From a virus (Duplodnaviria > Caudoviricetes): 37,773 nucleotides of DNA. Made by a program: the position numbers and the translations under genes. The notes under the pieces are model-generated. The model was given only the letters and a program-made list of their open reading frames with translations. It had not been told where the DNA came from and did no database searches. Location: positions 1 through 37,773 of the IMG/VR virus record IMGVR_UViG_3300043442_000686; one strand, 5' to 3'. Numbering within the stretch: the stretch's first letter is position 1; each line of letters opens with the position of its first letter. Below, piece by piece: positions 1 through 8,376 of the stretch.

Positions 1-182
1 ACCGGTCCGCGTCCAGCAGCAGCCCCTTGTCCCCGCCCCTCCACTCCAGATCCGCCACAACCCGCGACAGAAGCCGCTCCTTGAGCTCGCTGACCACGTG
101 CGTGCCATCCGCCACCAGCTTCTCCGCCTCCATCAGCTTCTCGCGCAGATCGCTTGCTGCGGCTATCTCGCGGTCGAGCCTC
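1..182. repeat. Terminal direct repeat, left copy (circular-assembly overlap)
   Basis: 1-182 is identical to 37592-37773 except C128 vs T37719. Implies a circular/permuted unit of 37,591 bp. Confidence 0.97.
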
Positions 183-322
183 TTCTCCATCCGCTCCAGC
201 GCCCGCATCAGATTGCGGATGATGTCCTCGGGCTCCATCACGGGAAGACCGGTGTCGTGGATGCCTGGGGAGTGGGCTGGACCGTGTGCGCTGTACTGCT
301 CGTCGTTATTTGGTGTGACCAT
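1..322 (-). CDS. Hypothetical coiled-coil protein, N-terminal part of a 127 aa gene spanning the circular junction (continues 37591->37530)
   Basis: Hand translation from ATG at 322: MVTPNNDEQY...EDIIRNLMRALERMEKRLDREIAAASDLREKLMEAEKLVADG..., in frame with track ORF 37530..37724. The ATG has an A/C-rich leader. Confidence 0.75.
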   Translation of the reverse strand, partial: MVTPNNDEQYSAHGPAHSPGIHDTGLPVMEPEDIIRNLMRALERMEKRLDREIAAASDLREKLMEAEKLVADGTHVVSELKERLLSRVVADLEWRGGDKGLLLDADR

Positions 323-761
323 GGTGTGTTGTCGTTGTTGTTGGTGTTGGTGTTGTTGTTGGTTTGGTTGCCTTCTCAATCTTGATGCCAATGCGCCTGC
401 AATCCACTGAGCAGAACCGGTGGCCGCGTGTTGTCTTCTGGAAGCTCTCCCCGCAGTAAGCACACGGCAAGACCCCATGCGGTACTCCCCGCAGACCGTG
501 CCTAACGTGCCATCGCCTCACCGACTCGGTGTTCGCCTTTCGCGAGCACTCCGCTGAACACCGAATCTGCACCGCGCAGCGCTTCATGAACTTCGTGCCG
601 CACTGATCACACGCGATGACCCGCAGCTTGTTCTGGCTCTTGGTGCGTCCACTGTACTTTCCGCGCTTGGGTTTCTCGGGCGGGACAACCGCTCTGCCCT
701 GCGCCACCAACTTGCCCACAATGGAGCGTATCTCATCTGGGTTTATCTTCATCAGGTTCAT
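306..761 (-). CDS. Zinc-finger protein (two CxxC...CSxxC treble-clef-like repeats), putative nucleic-acid binding
   Basis: CDQCGTKF..RCSAECSR and CAYCGESF..RFCSVDCRR, with a basic linker. The Thr/Pro tail overlaps the ACA-rich leader of the next gene. Confidence 0.7.
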   Translation of the reverse strand: MNLMKINPDEIRSIVGKLVAQGRAVVPPEKPKRGKYSGRTKSQNKLRVIACDQCGTKFMKRCAVQIRCSAECSRKANTESVRRWHVRHGLRGVPHGVLPCAYCGESFQKTTRGHRFCSVDCRRIGIKIEKATKPTTTPTPTTTTTHHGHTK

Positions 762-814
762 AAGCTCTTCTTTCGGCCACTTCCTCGCCGCCCTTTAGCA
801 AAATCTTTCACCAA

Positions 815-1264
815 TCACAAAAGCCACTCCGGCGCCTTCTCCTCCGCCGGCGCGTCAACGTAGATGCTCACCGCGACTCCCTCGCTGCCGGCTTTGCACC
901 AACGCTTGCGCACGGTCAAATCCGCCACGCGGCTGTCATCCCCAACCCACATACCGCCATCAACCAGCGCGTCCATCACCAGCTTCGCCAAGTTGTCCGC
1001 ATCCGGCTTGTGCGTGTGCGGCTTCCCAAACCGCCCCTCCTCACCGGTCGAAAAGCTGAACGTCAACTCCATCGAAATCGCTTCACGCAGCCCAAGAGAC
1101 TCCGATGTCTTCCCCGCCCGCTGCAAAACATGGCCCGCGCACGCACGCAAAGCCGCCTTCCACGCGTTGGACTTCGCATCGAGGGTGGATACCGCTCTGC
1201 CGTTAACAAAACGCGGCCTTGGCTGTGGACGAGGTGTACCGGAAACAAAGAAAGTGAGAGTCAT
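815..1264 (-). CDS. rusA: RusA-family Holliday junction resolvase
   Basis: N-terminal GxPxPQPRPR, KPDADNLAKLVMDAL and GDDSRV catalytic motifs typical of RusA. Confidence 0.9.
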   Translation of the reverse strand: MTLTFFVSGTPRPQPRPRFVNGRAVSTLDAKSNAWKAALRACAGHVLQRAGKTSESLGLREAISMELTFSFSTGEEGRFGKPHTHKPDADNLAKLVMDALVDGGMWVGDDSRVADLTVRKRWCKAGSEGVAVSIYVDAPAEEKAPEWLL

Positions 1265-1729
1265 AAAAGTCTATCGGGATTGTATACAATGCGAGCGGCG
1301 CGGCCCTTCAGAACGGTCAGCAAACACAACAAAAAGAAAACAGGTGGAAATTTTCGTCGATATAGAGGAAGGCAGCCTGCGAAGCAGTATCCCCTCTCCT
1401 CTCAGCTAGCAACGCGGTAAGCTGAGAGAAGAGAGAGGGGATAGTAGGAAGAGCGTAAGCGATGAGTACGCTACTCTCTATATAAGGGCTCATGTCCTCA
1501 AAGGGGATTTTTCTTTTGCAACTCATTTGATTTTCAGGCGTTTACGACGCGTCCTTTTTCGCAACCCATTTTTGGGCACTTACGAATGTTTGCGCAAACC
1601 ATTGCACAATCCTTGCGCTTTTGCAAAAAATACTCTGTAAAAATGCTTGCACAAAGTTGGCGAATCTTGCACAAACAGGTTATCGCAAATTTGCGCAAAC
1701 CAAAAATACCACTGATTATCAACGACTTA
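1265..1729. promoter_or_regulatory. Non-coding AT-rich region, candidate replication origin/promoter (hairpin, TTGCRCAA repeats, IHF-like site)
   Basis: Imperfect inverted repeat 1388-1443. TTGCRCAA at 1590, 1602, 1647, 1667 and 1691. TATCAACGACTTA (1717-1729) matches the IHF consensus WATCAANNNNTTR. Lies just downstream of the primase-helicase. Confidence 0.5.
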
Positions 1730-2073
1730 TGATGAACGCCGAATACTACCGTGAATACCGTGTAAAACGCCGTGAAAAAGCCGCCCAAAAGGCGGCTGAA
1801 ACGGTCGATATCAAGGCCGATTTGAAGGCTGCGCTGGCAACGTGTGCAGCCCTCCAAAAGACCATTGCCGCTCGCGATGCGACTATTCTTCATCTTGAGA
1901 AGCTAGTTTCTCAGCTCTCGGCAGCCCAATCCGAATCTCTCTCGCGTATTGAGAGCGGAATGCAGGTACTGCTGGCTCGTCATGCTCTTCAGCCAGCTCC
2001 TCCCGCGCCGGTTGATCCTCCTGCTCCCGTCCACTCTGGGCCGATGCCGCCATGGATGGCTGCGAGAAGGTAG
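1729..2073 (+). CDS. Hypothetical coiled-coil protein (114 aa) overlapping the primase-helicase 3' end antisense
   Basis: MMNAEYYREYRVKRREK... basic N-terminus, heptad-like middle, Pro-rich tail ending PPWMAARR. Possible TTGCGC-N17-GATTAT promoter at 1691-1719. Confidence 0.55.
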   Translation: MMNAEYYREYRVKRREKAAQKAAETVDIKADLKAALATCAALQKTIAARDATILHLEKLVSQLSAAQSESLSRIESGMQVLLARHALQPAPPAPVDPPAPVHSGPMPPWMAARR

Positions 2074-4414
2074 TCCCCCACGCTCCCGCTGCCGACCTGC
2101 CCACGCAGGTACCGGTCTCAGGATCGAACATATACTCCGACCAATCCGGCAGGGATAAATACGCCCCTGCTTGGATGGCGGCGCCGGTCTCATCCGAAGC
2201 CAAAAGACCGCCCGGCACATCAAGATAGCTCTTGGCCTTGCTGCCCTTAACCGCGCAAGAGACGATAAGCTCCTTCTGCAAGCCCTCCTCGATGAGGTGC
2301 CCAAACTCGCTTGCGCCAACTGCGCGCAACACCGGTGGGAGTTCCGAGCGGCGCTTGTAAAGCCCGTTGGCTGCGTTCTTATTTCCCAGCGTGTACGGGT
2401 GCAGATTGCCAGCTGCCTCACGCACCGCCAGAACAAGCCATGCAAGGCGCTCGGTCACGTTGATGGCGCTGTACACGTCCAGCTTGGTCACGTCCTTGAG
2501 CAGGCCGTTGCCGTCGCGAAGCAGTGTGCGCTCGCCGCGCATGAGCCCCGAGATATTCGCCTTGAGCACACCGAACCGGTAGCAGGAGTCCACACGCGGC
2601 GCGAGGCCCATGCCCTTCATGCGGCGCTCGTAATCGGTGGCGTGCCAGAAGCCCAAGTTGATGCGGAAGTAAGACGGTATGGCGCTGCTCCCACGGATCG
2701 AGTTCTTCATGTCCTTGAGCGTCCTGATGGGCTCGGCCCCAGGCTTGCGGATGTGGTGCGTTATCATAAGCGCCGCCCGAAGCTCCCCGCACACGCGTCC
2801 TGCCTCGCGCATCATTTCGGCTACCGCCAGAGCGTTGTTCTCATCCCCGTGGGAGACCGCGTTGAAGGTGTCCACGCACACAAGGCACAGGTCTGGCACA
2901 CGCTTGAGCTCAGTGATGACAGCCTCCCACTTTGAAGACGCCACCGGTGCCCCGCTCCTAGGGTCGCGCTCAACAAGCGGGAACGCCCCGCCAACCGCCG
3001 AGAGCGGTATGACGACAAGCCGTCGGCCGGCCTTCGCGATGAGCCCACCTTGGTCAATCTCCAAGATGCGCCGGTGCATCTCGGTCTGGCTGTCCTCGCA
3101 CAAGAGCAGAACAGCGGTGCCCCCGTTGGTGATTCGCTGCCCACACCAGTCCAAATCCCCGCCGAACTCGGGATAAGCTGCCACTTTCAACGCTAAATCG
3201 GCGATAAGACCGGTTTTCCCCGCCCCGCCCTCGGCGATAAACAGGTGCGGCTCGCCTTTGACAACAAGCGATTCAACGAGGTAGGTGTGTTCGGGCTTGG
3301 GCCACTTAATCCACCGGTGTGCTTCCCACGCTGAAAACCATGACTCCGCTGGGGTGCTCTGCGGGAGCTGACGCACGGGGGCTGGGGCAGGTGCCTGCGC
3401 CGGCGTCTCTGGCTTGCCGTTGCGCCGAATGTCCGCATTGACGAGTCCCTGCCACTCCGAAGCAAACCGTGCATCCGTCCACGCGGGGTGCATTCGCTGC
3501 AGCATCCAGCCCCGTGTTTGCTCGCGTGCCTCGTCCATCGTGATGACGCCCCGCCGAACCATCCCCAGATTCGCGCCGGCAACCGAGTTGAACGCATCCC
3601 AGCGCGTCTCGCCTCCCGCACCCCCCTCGAATACGTCCCGCTGGTACGCGGGCTCCTTGGGCAGCACGTTCCCGCTGCTTGCCCCGAACAGCCCAGGCTC
3701 TGGTGCTACGGCGCCTGCCGGCAGCAGCGTGCGCAGACGCTCGCCGAGTGCCCCTGCGTTGTACACGGAATCGGACTGCCACTCGATTGTGGTCTGTACC
3801 GGTTTGCCCTGCTTGGCGTGGACACTGCCTGCGAGCCGGATTGGCTGGTGAGCGCGTCCATACGGGTTTGATTCAACACCGAGTCCCATGGCGGAGTCGC
3901 CACCAGAGACCTTGGCCAGAGCGTCTCGCATACGGATGGCCTGCTCAACCGGTACTTCCTCATCCAGACTGTACCAGACGTGCCGCTTCGGCGTGCCCTC
4001 GTCGGTCGTCCCACCGGAACACACCACAAGCGAGGGCTCACCCAACTGCTCGGTGAGCTCGCGCATCTTGGCGTCGGTGTCCCCCGCATCAAGGTCTGCG
4101 ACGAGCGAGCGCATCCGCGCTACGTTGGCGCTTGTGGCACGCCGGTCGCTCAAGATGCCTGGGACAACGAAGGTCGCCACATTGTACTGCGCCCACCGCT
4201 CGGTGGCCGACAACACAGGCGTGAAGCCTTCCGTGGCGGGTTCCACGAAGATGTCCTCGCGGAAGACTCCCTCTTGGTCAGTTCCCTTTTCTCCGATACC
4301 GCGAACGCAGATGAACTCGTTCTCTTTCCAATCTCTCTCGCCGAAAATGAGGCGAAGATGCTCTTGGGCTTGGCGTAGGTCAACCAAGCCACGACGGTCT
4401 GTCAATGGCTGCAT
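1883..4414 (-). CDS. Primase-helicase fusion: RepB-like primase N-domain + AAA_25/RepA-type helicase
   Basis: Primase: ADLDAGD, PSLVVCSGG..KRHVWY, QPIRLAGS. Helicase: Walker A AEGGAGKT, CED, VCVDT, HHIRK, IRGSSA. Start moved to ATG 4414 (after the upstream stop, A/C-rich leader). Confidence 0.85.
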   Translation of the reverse strand: MQPLTDRRGLVDLRQAQEHLRLIFGERDWKENEFICVRGIGEKGTDQEGVFREDIFVEPATEGFTPVLSATERWAQYNVATFVVPGILSDRRATSANVARMRSLVADLDAGDTDAKMRELTEQLGEPSLVVCSGGTTDEGTPKRHVWYSLDEEVPVEQAIRMRDALAKVSGGDSAMGLGVESNPYGRAHQPIRLAGSVHAKQGKPVQTTIEWQSDSVYNAGALGERLRTLLPAGAVAPEPGLFGASSGNVLPKEPAYQRDVFEGGAGGETRWDAFNSVAGANLGMVRRGVITMDEAREQTRGWMLQRMHPAWTDARFASEWQGLVNADIRRNGKPETPAQAPAPAPVRQLPQSTPAESWFSAWEAHRWIKWPKPEHTYLVESLVVKGEPHLFIAEGGAGKTGLIADLALKVAAYPEFGGDLDWCGQRITNGGTAVLLLCEDSQTEMHRRILEIDQGGLIAKAGRRLVVIPLSAVGGAFPLVERDPRSGAPVASSKWEAVITELKRVPDLCLVCVDTFNAVSHGDENNALAVAEMMREAGRVCGELRAALMITHHIRKPGAEPIRTLKDMKNSIRGSSAIPSYFRINLGFWHATDYERRMKGMGLAPRVDSCYRFGVLKANISGLMRGERTLLRDGNGLLKDVTKLDVYSAINVTERLAWLVLAVREAAGNLHPYTLGNKNAANGLYKRRSELPPVLRAVGASEFGHLIEEGLQKELIVSCAVKGSKAKSYLDVPGGLLASDETGAAIQAGAYLSLPDWSEYMFDPETGTCVGRSAAGAWGTTFSQPSMAASAQSGREQEDQPAREELAEEHDEPAVPAFRSQYAREIRIGLPRAEKLASQDEE

Positions 4415-4437
4415 TTTGTTTGGGGTAGTAGTCTGTC

Positions 4438-5235
4438 TTACTTCAGCCAGAACGGCTTTGTGGTGTTGGGTGCCTGAGTGGGAGCATCCTCCCAACAGGT
4501 GCTCTTGAACGAGCAGAACTTGCACCGAAAGTCGGTGCGGTCTTTACCAAGGCGCGGGAGTTCCTTGAGCGATTGAGCGTCGATGACGCGCACCGCGCGA
4601 TCCGAGGCTTCTTGGGCTGCGAGCGCGTCGAACGGAACCAACTCAACGAGCACCTCACCGGTGTCGCGGTTGAGCGCCGTGAACATACCGCCAGCGGGGA
4701 TGTCGAGGTACGCGCAGTAGATTTGCATCTGGGCGTAGTACACCGGCTTTGACGCCTTCACGCCCTTGTTCTTGGTGTCGTTCCAGCTTTTGTCGTTGAG
4801 TGCCTTGTTCTCCCACAGCAGTGGATATTCAACACCGGTGATGATGGGGCCGCCGGCGACAATGCCGTCGATGTGTCCGCCGAGGCGTCCGTCCGCAGCT
4901 CGGAAGCCGAACTGTTTTCCGTCGCTCTTCTCGGTGAGCAGGTCGAACCCAGCAGCGCGGATATACTTCGCCATGCGGTCTTCGCCGTCGTGCCCCATGT
5001 CGAAGATGCGCAGCACCTCCGGTGGGAAGCCCGAGCCTTCGTCCTCAGGCGTGTGCTCGTACTCGTACCGAAGGCGCCTCTCGCACGCCTCACCCCATCG
5101 GGACGCCCCGAGGTAGTCCCGCTTCTCTTGGCTTGCCTGCCGCTTCAGAATGGCATCATCCAGCACCGCTGCGATAGCAGCCTGTGCCGGCTCGTTCCCG
5201 ATTACCTTCTTTGTCTCTGGCTTAAAGATGCTCAT
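4438..5235 (-). CDS. Cas4-like PD-(D/E)XK exonuclease with Fe-S cysteines
   Basis: YLGASRWGEAC, GHIDG, ENK, QMQIY and C-terminal CKFCSFKSTC. No CRISPR context. Confidence 0.85.
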   Translation of the reverse strand: MSIFKPETKKVIGNEPAQAAIAAVLDDAILKRQASQEKRDYLGASRWGEACERRLRYEYEHTPEDEGSGFPPEVLRIFDMGHDGEDRMAKYIRAAGFDLLTEKSDGKQFGFRAADGRLGGHIDGIVAGGPIITGVEYPLLWENKALNDKSWNDTKNKGVKASKPVYYAQMQIYCAYLDIPAGGMFTALNRDTGEVLVELVPFDALAAQEASDRAVRVIDAQSLKELPRLGKDRTDFRCKFCSFKSTCWEDAPTQAPNTTKPFWLK

Positions 5236-5338
5236 CTTGGTCGTTCTTAAGGGCGTAGAAGATGCCGAAGATTGCCAAGAGCAACACCAGCAGATACGCG
5301 GTTACAGAGGCTTTGTCCTCCTGTTGGTAGAGTTTCAC
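5222..5338 (-). CDS. Small single-pass membrane protein (38 aa)
   Basis: Hand translation from GTG: MKLYQQEDKASVTAYLLVLLLAIFGIFYALKNDQDEHL. Fills the gap between adjacent genes. Confidence 0.55.
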   Translation of the reverse strand: MKLYQQEDKASVTAYLLVLLLAIFGIFYALKNDQDEHL

Positions 5339-5342
5339 GGTG

Positions 5343-5594
5343 TCAGCTATGGCTATGGCTGCGAACAGGGTTGCCAGCAGTTTCATGTTTCAAGAATAGA
5401 GGGCCCTCAACGCCGCTGGCCAGCCGCCATTCGGCGATCTCGGATTCGAGGCGCTTGATGGTTTCGGTAGCGGTGTGTAGCCGCGCCTTGTACTCGTCGC
5501 GCTCTTCAGCGGCTTCGCTCAAAGACCGGCAGGTGTATGCCAGCCCGAAGTGGTTCTCCCACGCAACTCCGCAGGATGTGCAGTACTCACTCAC
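5343..5594 (-). CDS. Hypothetical protein (CxxC/H/C motif plus coiled coil)
   Basis: GTGA-coupled to the upstream gene, with a GGAGG SD. Confidence 0.65.
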   Translation of the reverse strand: MSEYCTSCGVAWENHFGLAYTCRSLSEAAEERDEYKARLHTATETIKRLESEIAEWRLASGVEGPLFLKHETAGNPVRSHSHS

Positions 5595-5992
5595 GGCTGC
5601 ACCTCCTTCCCAGCCACCGAGGAATCCTCGGTAACTGGTTGAACTGTCAAGGAATCCTTGTCAGTTGCCCACTTACCCATAGACCGTACAAACGCCTCTG
5701 CGCGGTGGCGAGCGGTTGCGCAGAGATAGCAACGGTATTTCGTCTCCGGCATCAGTTTCTCAACCCAGTAGGTGTACCATTTGAACTGGTCATCCGTCAG
5801 CACCTTCTCCGCTTCGTGCATTGCGTTGAGGTCATGAACGTAGTCTGGCATATACTTATATGCGTTCCCGCCTTGTCCTGGGAGTTCTGGCGGATAGCCC
5901 CACAGCTTGTGATTGTGCCAAGGCCCACTGTCATGGATGTCAGTCCATCCACACGCCTCAGAAATCGCCACATTCATTTGCTCGTCGGTCAT
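5591..5992 (-). CDS. Hypothetical phage protein, possibly ABA-sandwich-like
   Basis: MTDEQMNVAISEACGW...PDYVHDLNAMHEAEK...A.ARHRAEAF pattern. Start moved to ATG 5992 (ATGA overlap plus SD). Confidence 0.65.
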   Translation of the reverse strand: MTDEQMNVAISEACGWTDIHDSGPWHNHKLWGYPPELPGQGGNAYKYMPDYVHDLNAMHEAEKVLTDDQFKWYTYWVEKLMPETKYRCYLCATARHRAEAFVRSMGKWATDKDSLTVQPVTEDSSVAGKEVQP

Positions 5993-6153
5993 GGCTGCAC
6001 CTCCTCTTCTCTTGGCACTTGTGTGTCGCAGTCTTGGCAAAACCACATCTCAGAGCGCACGCTCCACTCCATAACGTTACCGCAGTTGCACTGCTTCTCT
6101 GCCTCGCTCTCGTCGTTGGTGAGCCATGAGTCATACCAGCTTGGGAGGTTCAT
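5989..6153 (-). CDS. Small Zn-ribbon protein (54 aa)
   Basis: Hand translation: MNLPSWYDSWLTNDESEAEKQCNCGNVMEWSVRSEMWFCQDCDTQVPREEEVQP. ATGA overlaps at both ends. Confidence 0.7.
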   Translation of the reverse strand: MNLPSWYDSWLTNDESEAEKQCNCGNVMEWSVRSEMWFCQDCDTQVPREEEVQP

Positions 6154-6296
6154 TTTGCCTCCTTTCTGAGGCGAATGATTTCGGCCTCGATGCGCTTAAA
6201 TGTCGCCTCGAACGCACGCCGGTTTGGGTGCGACTGAAGCAGTGTCTCCGTCAGTGCCAGAAGCTCAGTGGCTTCTTGTTCTAGTCTGTTTTTCAT
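6150..6296 (-). CDS. Hypothetical helical protein (48 aa)
   Basis: MKNRLEQEATELL...KEAK. ATGA-coupled on both sides. Confidence 0.65.
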   Translation of the reverse strand: MKNRLEQEATELLALTETLLQSHPNRRAFEATFKRIEAEIIRLRKEAK

Positions 6297-6571
6297 TTTG
6301 TTGTTGTTGCTCTGCGTGAAATCTCTCTTCTCAGGTACCATGCAGCTTTTTCAAGGTCTTGAACTTCATTGTCCTTGAACCCAGCCCTGAACACGTACTT
6401 TATCACGTTTCCAAGGTTGAACGAAAATGCCTCTGCAATGTCTATGCATTCGATTCCGCTCGGATGCTTGTTGTAATGCGCTGGGTGTTCGACGGCGCTG
6501 GTCGAGGACGGGTTGGATGATTTCGCGCCACAGTTTTGAGTACATACTGTCTCTTTCGGTTGGTTTTCCAT
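6293..6571 (-). CDS. DUF3310-family protein (T7 gp1.7/SaV-like, putative nucleotide kinase)
   Basis: VEHPAHY..GIECIDI..FNLGNVIKYVFRAG.K..QDLEKAAWYLRR signature. Start moved to ATG 6571. Confidence 0.85.
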   Translation of the reverse strand: MENQPKETVCTQNCGAKSSNPSSTSAVEHPAHYNKHPSGIECIDIAEAFSFNLGNVIKYVFRAGFKDNEVQDLEKAAWYLRREISRRATTTK

Positions 6572-6576
6572 GTTCT

Positions 6577-8220
6577 TTAGCCAAGAATTGCTTTTTTTAT
6601 TCGGGACTCGTTGAAACGCCATGTCAGCAGACAACTCGCACGGTAGCGTGACATCCCAAACATGGGAACGTCCGCCATGTGCTTGAGCTGCGCGTCGGTG
6701 GGTGGCAGCTTGATCCAACTCTTGGTCTTGCGCGAGTTTGCGCGGTCTCCGTTTGAGCGCAGATAATCGTCTGCTTGAGCCAAAGCAAGCTCCTTGGAGT
6801 TGGTGCGCGTGATGATGGTGACGGGCCCGCCGTTGGGCGCTCCAATCGCGCTGAAGACTTCCCCCAGCTTGATAACGCCCGCCCACGCGGTGAGCCCATT
6901 GGCCATGCGCACCGCGTCGTTAAAGAGCGATTCCCAGCGGAATGGCGATAGCGAGATGATTTGCATCTCCGACATCTCAAACGACTCGATGGTTTCAACC
7001 GAGTTGGGTCGCATGGGAAAGATGTAACCGCACACGGGACACGCCATCGTTGCTGCCGGTACCTGAATGCCGCACTCGGGGCACTTCTTCGATGGCGCTT
7101 CACCGGTCTCGCTTTTGCGAACGAAGAGCCGGTCGCCAGCGTCAATGTCGCCATGCGTCATTAGCGACGCACCGAAGTCGAGAACGATGCAGTCCGACTT
7201 GATGACGCCGGGGTATCGCTTAGCGTCGATGCACGGGCGAAGTCCGCGGCCAATCATCTGGATCATTGTTGACTTCTGCGAACACGGACGCACCAAGACG
7301 ACGCATCCTACACGCTGGCAGTCCCAGCCCTCCGTGAGCTTCATCACGTTCAAGAGAACCTTGATGCGGCCTTGGTCGAAGCGGCGCAGAATGGTCGTAT
7401 TGTCATCGTCGGACATCTCCGAGTGAACCGCTTCAGCTGAAACACCCTCTTCGCGGAACGCCTCAGCCAAGTGCTGCGCGTGTTCGATGGTCGAGCAGAA
7501 CACCACGGTTGCGCGGTCTTGAGCCTTCTCCTTCCAGTGCCGGATGATTTCCGAGTGAACGGCCCGCTTGTCCATGATGGCCTCGACTTGCCCCATGTCG
7601 AACTCTGCACCGGTCTTGCTGACGCTCTGGAGTTGGTCGTTAAGCCCAATGTCCATCCGGTACGCCTTGGGCGAAACCAGATTCCCAGAAGCGATGAGTT
7701 CGCCAACGCCGATCTTATCAGCGACGTTGTTGAAGACCGCGGTGAGCGCTTGCTTGTCGCCTCGCTCTGGGGTTGCCGTAAGCCCCAACACGACGCCCTT
7801 CGGGGAACGTTCGCGGAAAGTATCCACAATCCGCATATAGGTGTCGGCCGCCACGTGGTGACATTCGTCGATGAACAAGCCCGTCATGCCGCTTGGCATG
7901 GTCTCCAAATTCGCTGGCCTGCACAGCGTCTGAACCATTGCGAAGGTCGCGCCATCCGACCAAGCTTTGCGCTCGGCAGTGTACACGTCGGTCTTCTCCG
8001 TCGGGCAGTACCGCTTGAAGGTGTCCTTGTTTTGTTTCACCAGCTCGTCGCGGTGTTGAATGACGAGAACCGGTCCGCGTTTCACGAACGGCGCAAGGAT
8101 TGCGCTGCCCATGACTGTTTTGCCTGCGCCAGTTGGCGCAATGCCTAGAGTGTTACCGCACTCGTTCAGTGCGGCGATGCAGGCGTCAACAAACTGCGCC
8201 TGCCGTGGACGTAAAATCAT
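6577..8220 (-). CDS. SF2 (DExH) helicase with C-terminal Zn ribbon
   Basis: LRPRQ, APTGAGKT, DECHH, GLTATPER, LTEGWD, QMIGRGLR, CPEC..CPVCG. Start moved to ATG 8220. Confidence 0.92.
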   Translation of the reverse strand: MILRPRQAQFVDACIAALNECGNTLGIAPTGAGKTVMGSAILAPFVKRGPVLVIQHRDELVKQNKDTFKRYCPTEKTDVYTAERKAWSDGATFAMVQTLCRPANLETMPSGMTGLFIDECHHVAADTYMRIVDTFRERSPKGVVLGLTATPERGDKQALTAVFNNVADKIGVGELIASGNLVSPKAYRMDIGLNDQLQSVSKTGAEFDMGQVEAIMDKRAVHSEIIRHWKEKAQDRATVVFCSTIEHAQHLAEAFREEGVSAEAVHSEMSDDDNTTILRRFDQGRIKVLLNVMKLTEGWDCQRVGCVVLVRPCSQKSTMIQMIGRGLRPCIDAKRYPGVIKSDCIVLDFGASLMTHGDIDAGDRLFVRKSETGEAPSKKCPECGIQVPAATMACPVCGYIFPMRPNSVETIESFEMSEMQIISLSPFRWESLFNDAVRMANGLTAWAGVIKLGEVFSAIGAPNGGPVTIITRTNSKELALAQADDYLRSNGDRANSRKTKSWIKLPPTDAQLKHMADVPMFGMSRYRASCLLTWRFNESRIKKAILG

Positions 8221-8312
8221 AAGTGCCTTTGTTTCACTGCGCCAAAATGAAAGCGCTGTTGCAGGGTCTCCCTGCACACCATACGGCTTGGATTTGCCGT
8301 AAGGTTTACCTC

Positions 8313-8352
8313 AAAAAAGGGGGACGAGACAACCATTATTGCCCCGCCCCCC
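8313..8352 (-). terminator. Rho-independent terminator after the SSB-like gene
   Basis: Minus strand GGGGGGCGGGGCAA-taatgg-TTGTCTCGTCCCCC (14 bp with G-U pairs) followed by T6. Confidence 0.75.
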
Positions 8353-8376
8353 TACATCCCCAAACAAACTCCTGTG

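Noticed and set aside
1-182. Terminal repeat as the physical virion DTR
   Set aside because: It falls in the middle of a gene and the terminase/portal are P22-like, so an assembly overlap is more likely
323-372. (GTT/GGT)n microsatellite as a phase-variation locus
   Set aside because: Imperfect, and it matches the A/C-rich translation leaders seen before many genes
1317-1893. Minus-strand ORFs 1317-1526 and 1534-1893
   Set aside because: Atypical composition (Cys/Lys from TTGCA repeats), so the region is better explained as non-coding plus the plus-strand gene
4438-5235. Cas4-like gene as evidence of a CRISPR-Cas system
   Set aside because: No cas1/cas2 and no repeat-spacer array anywhere. 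Solo Cas4-like nucleases are common in phage recombination modules.
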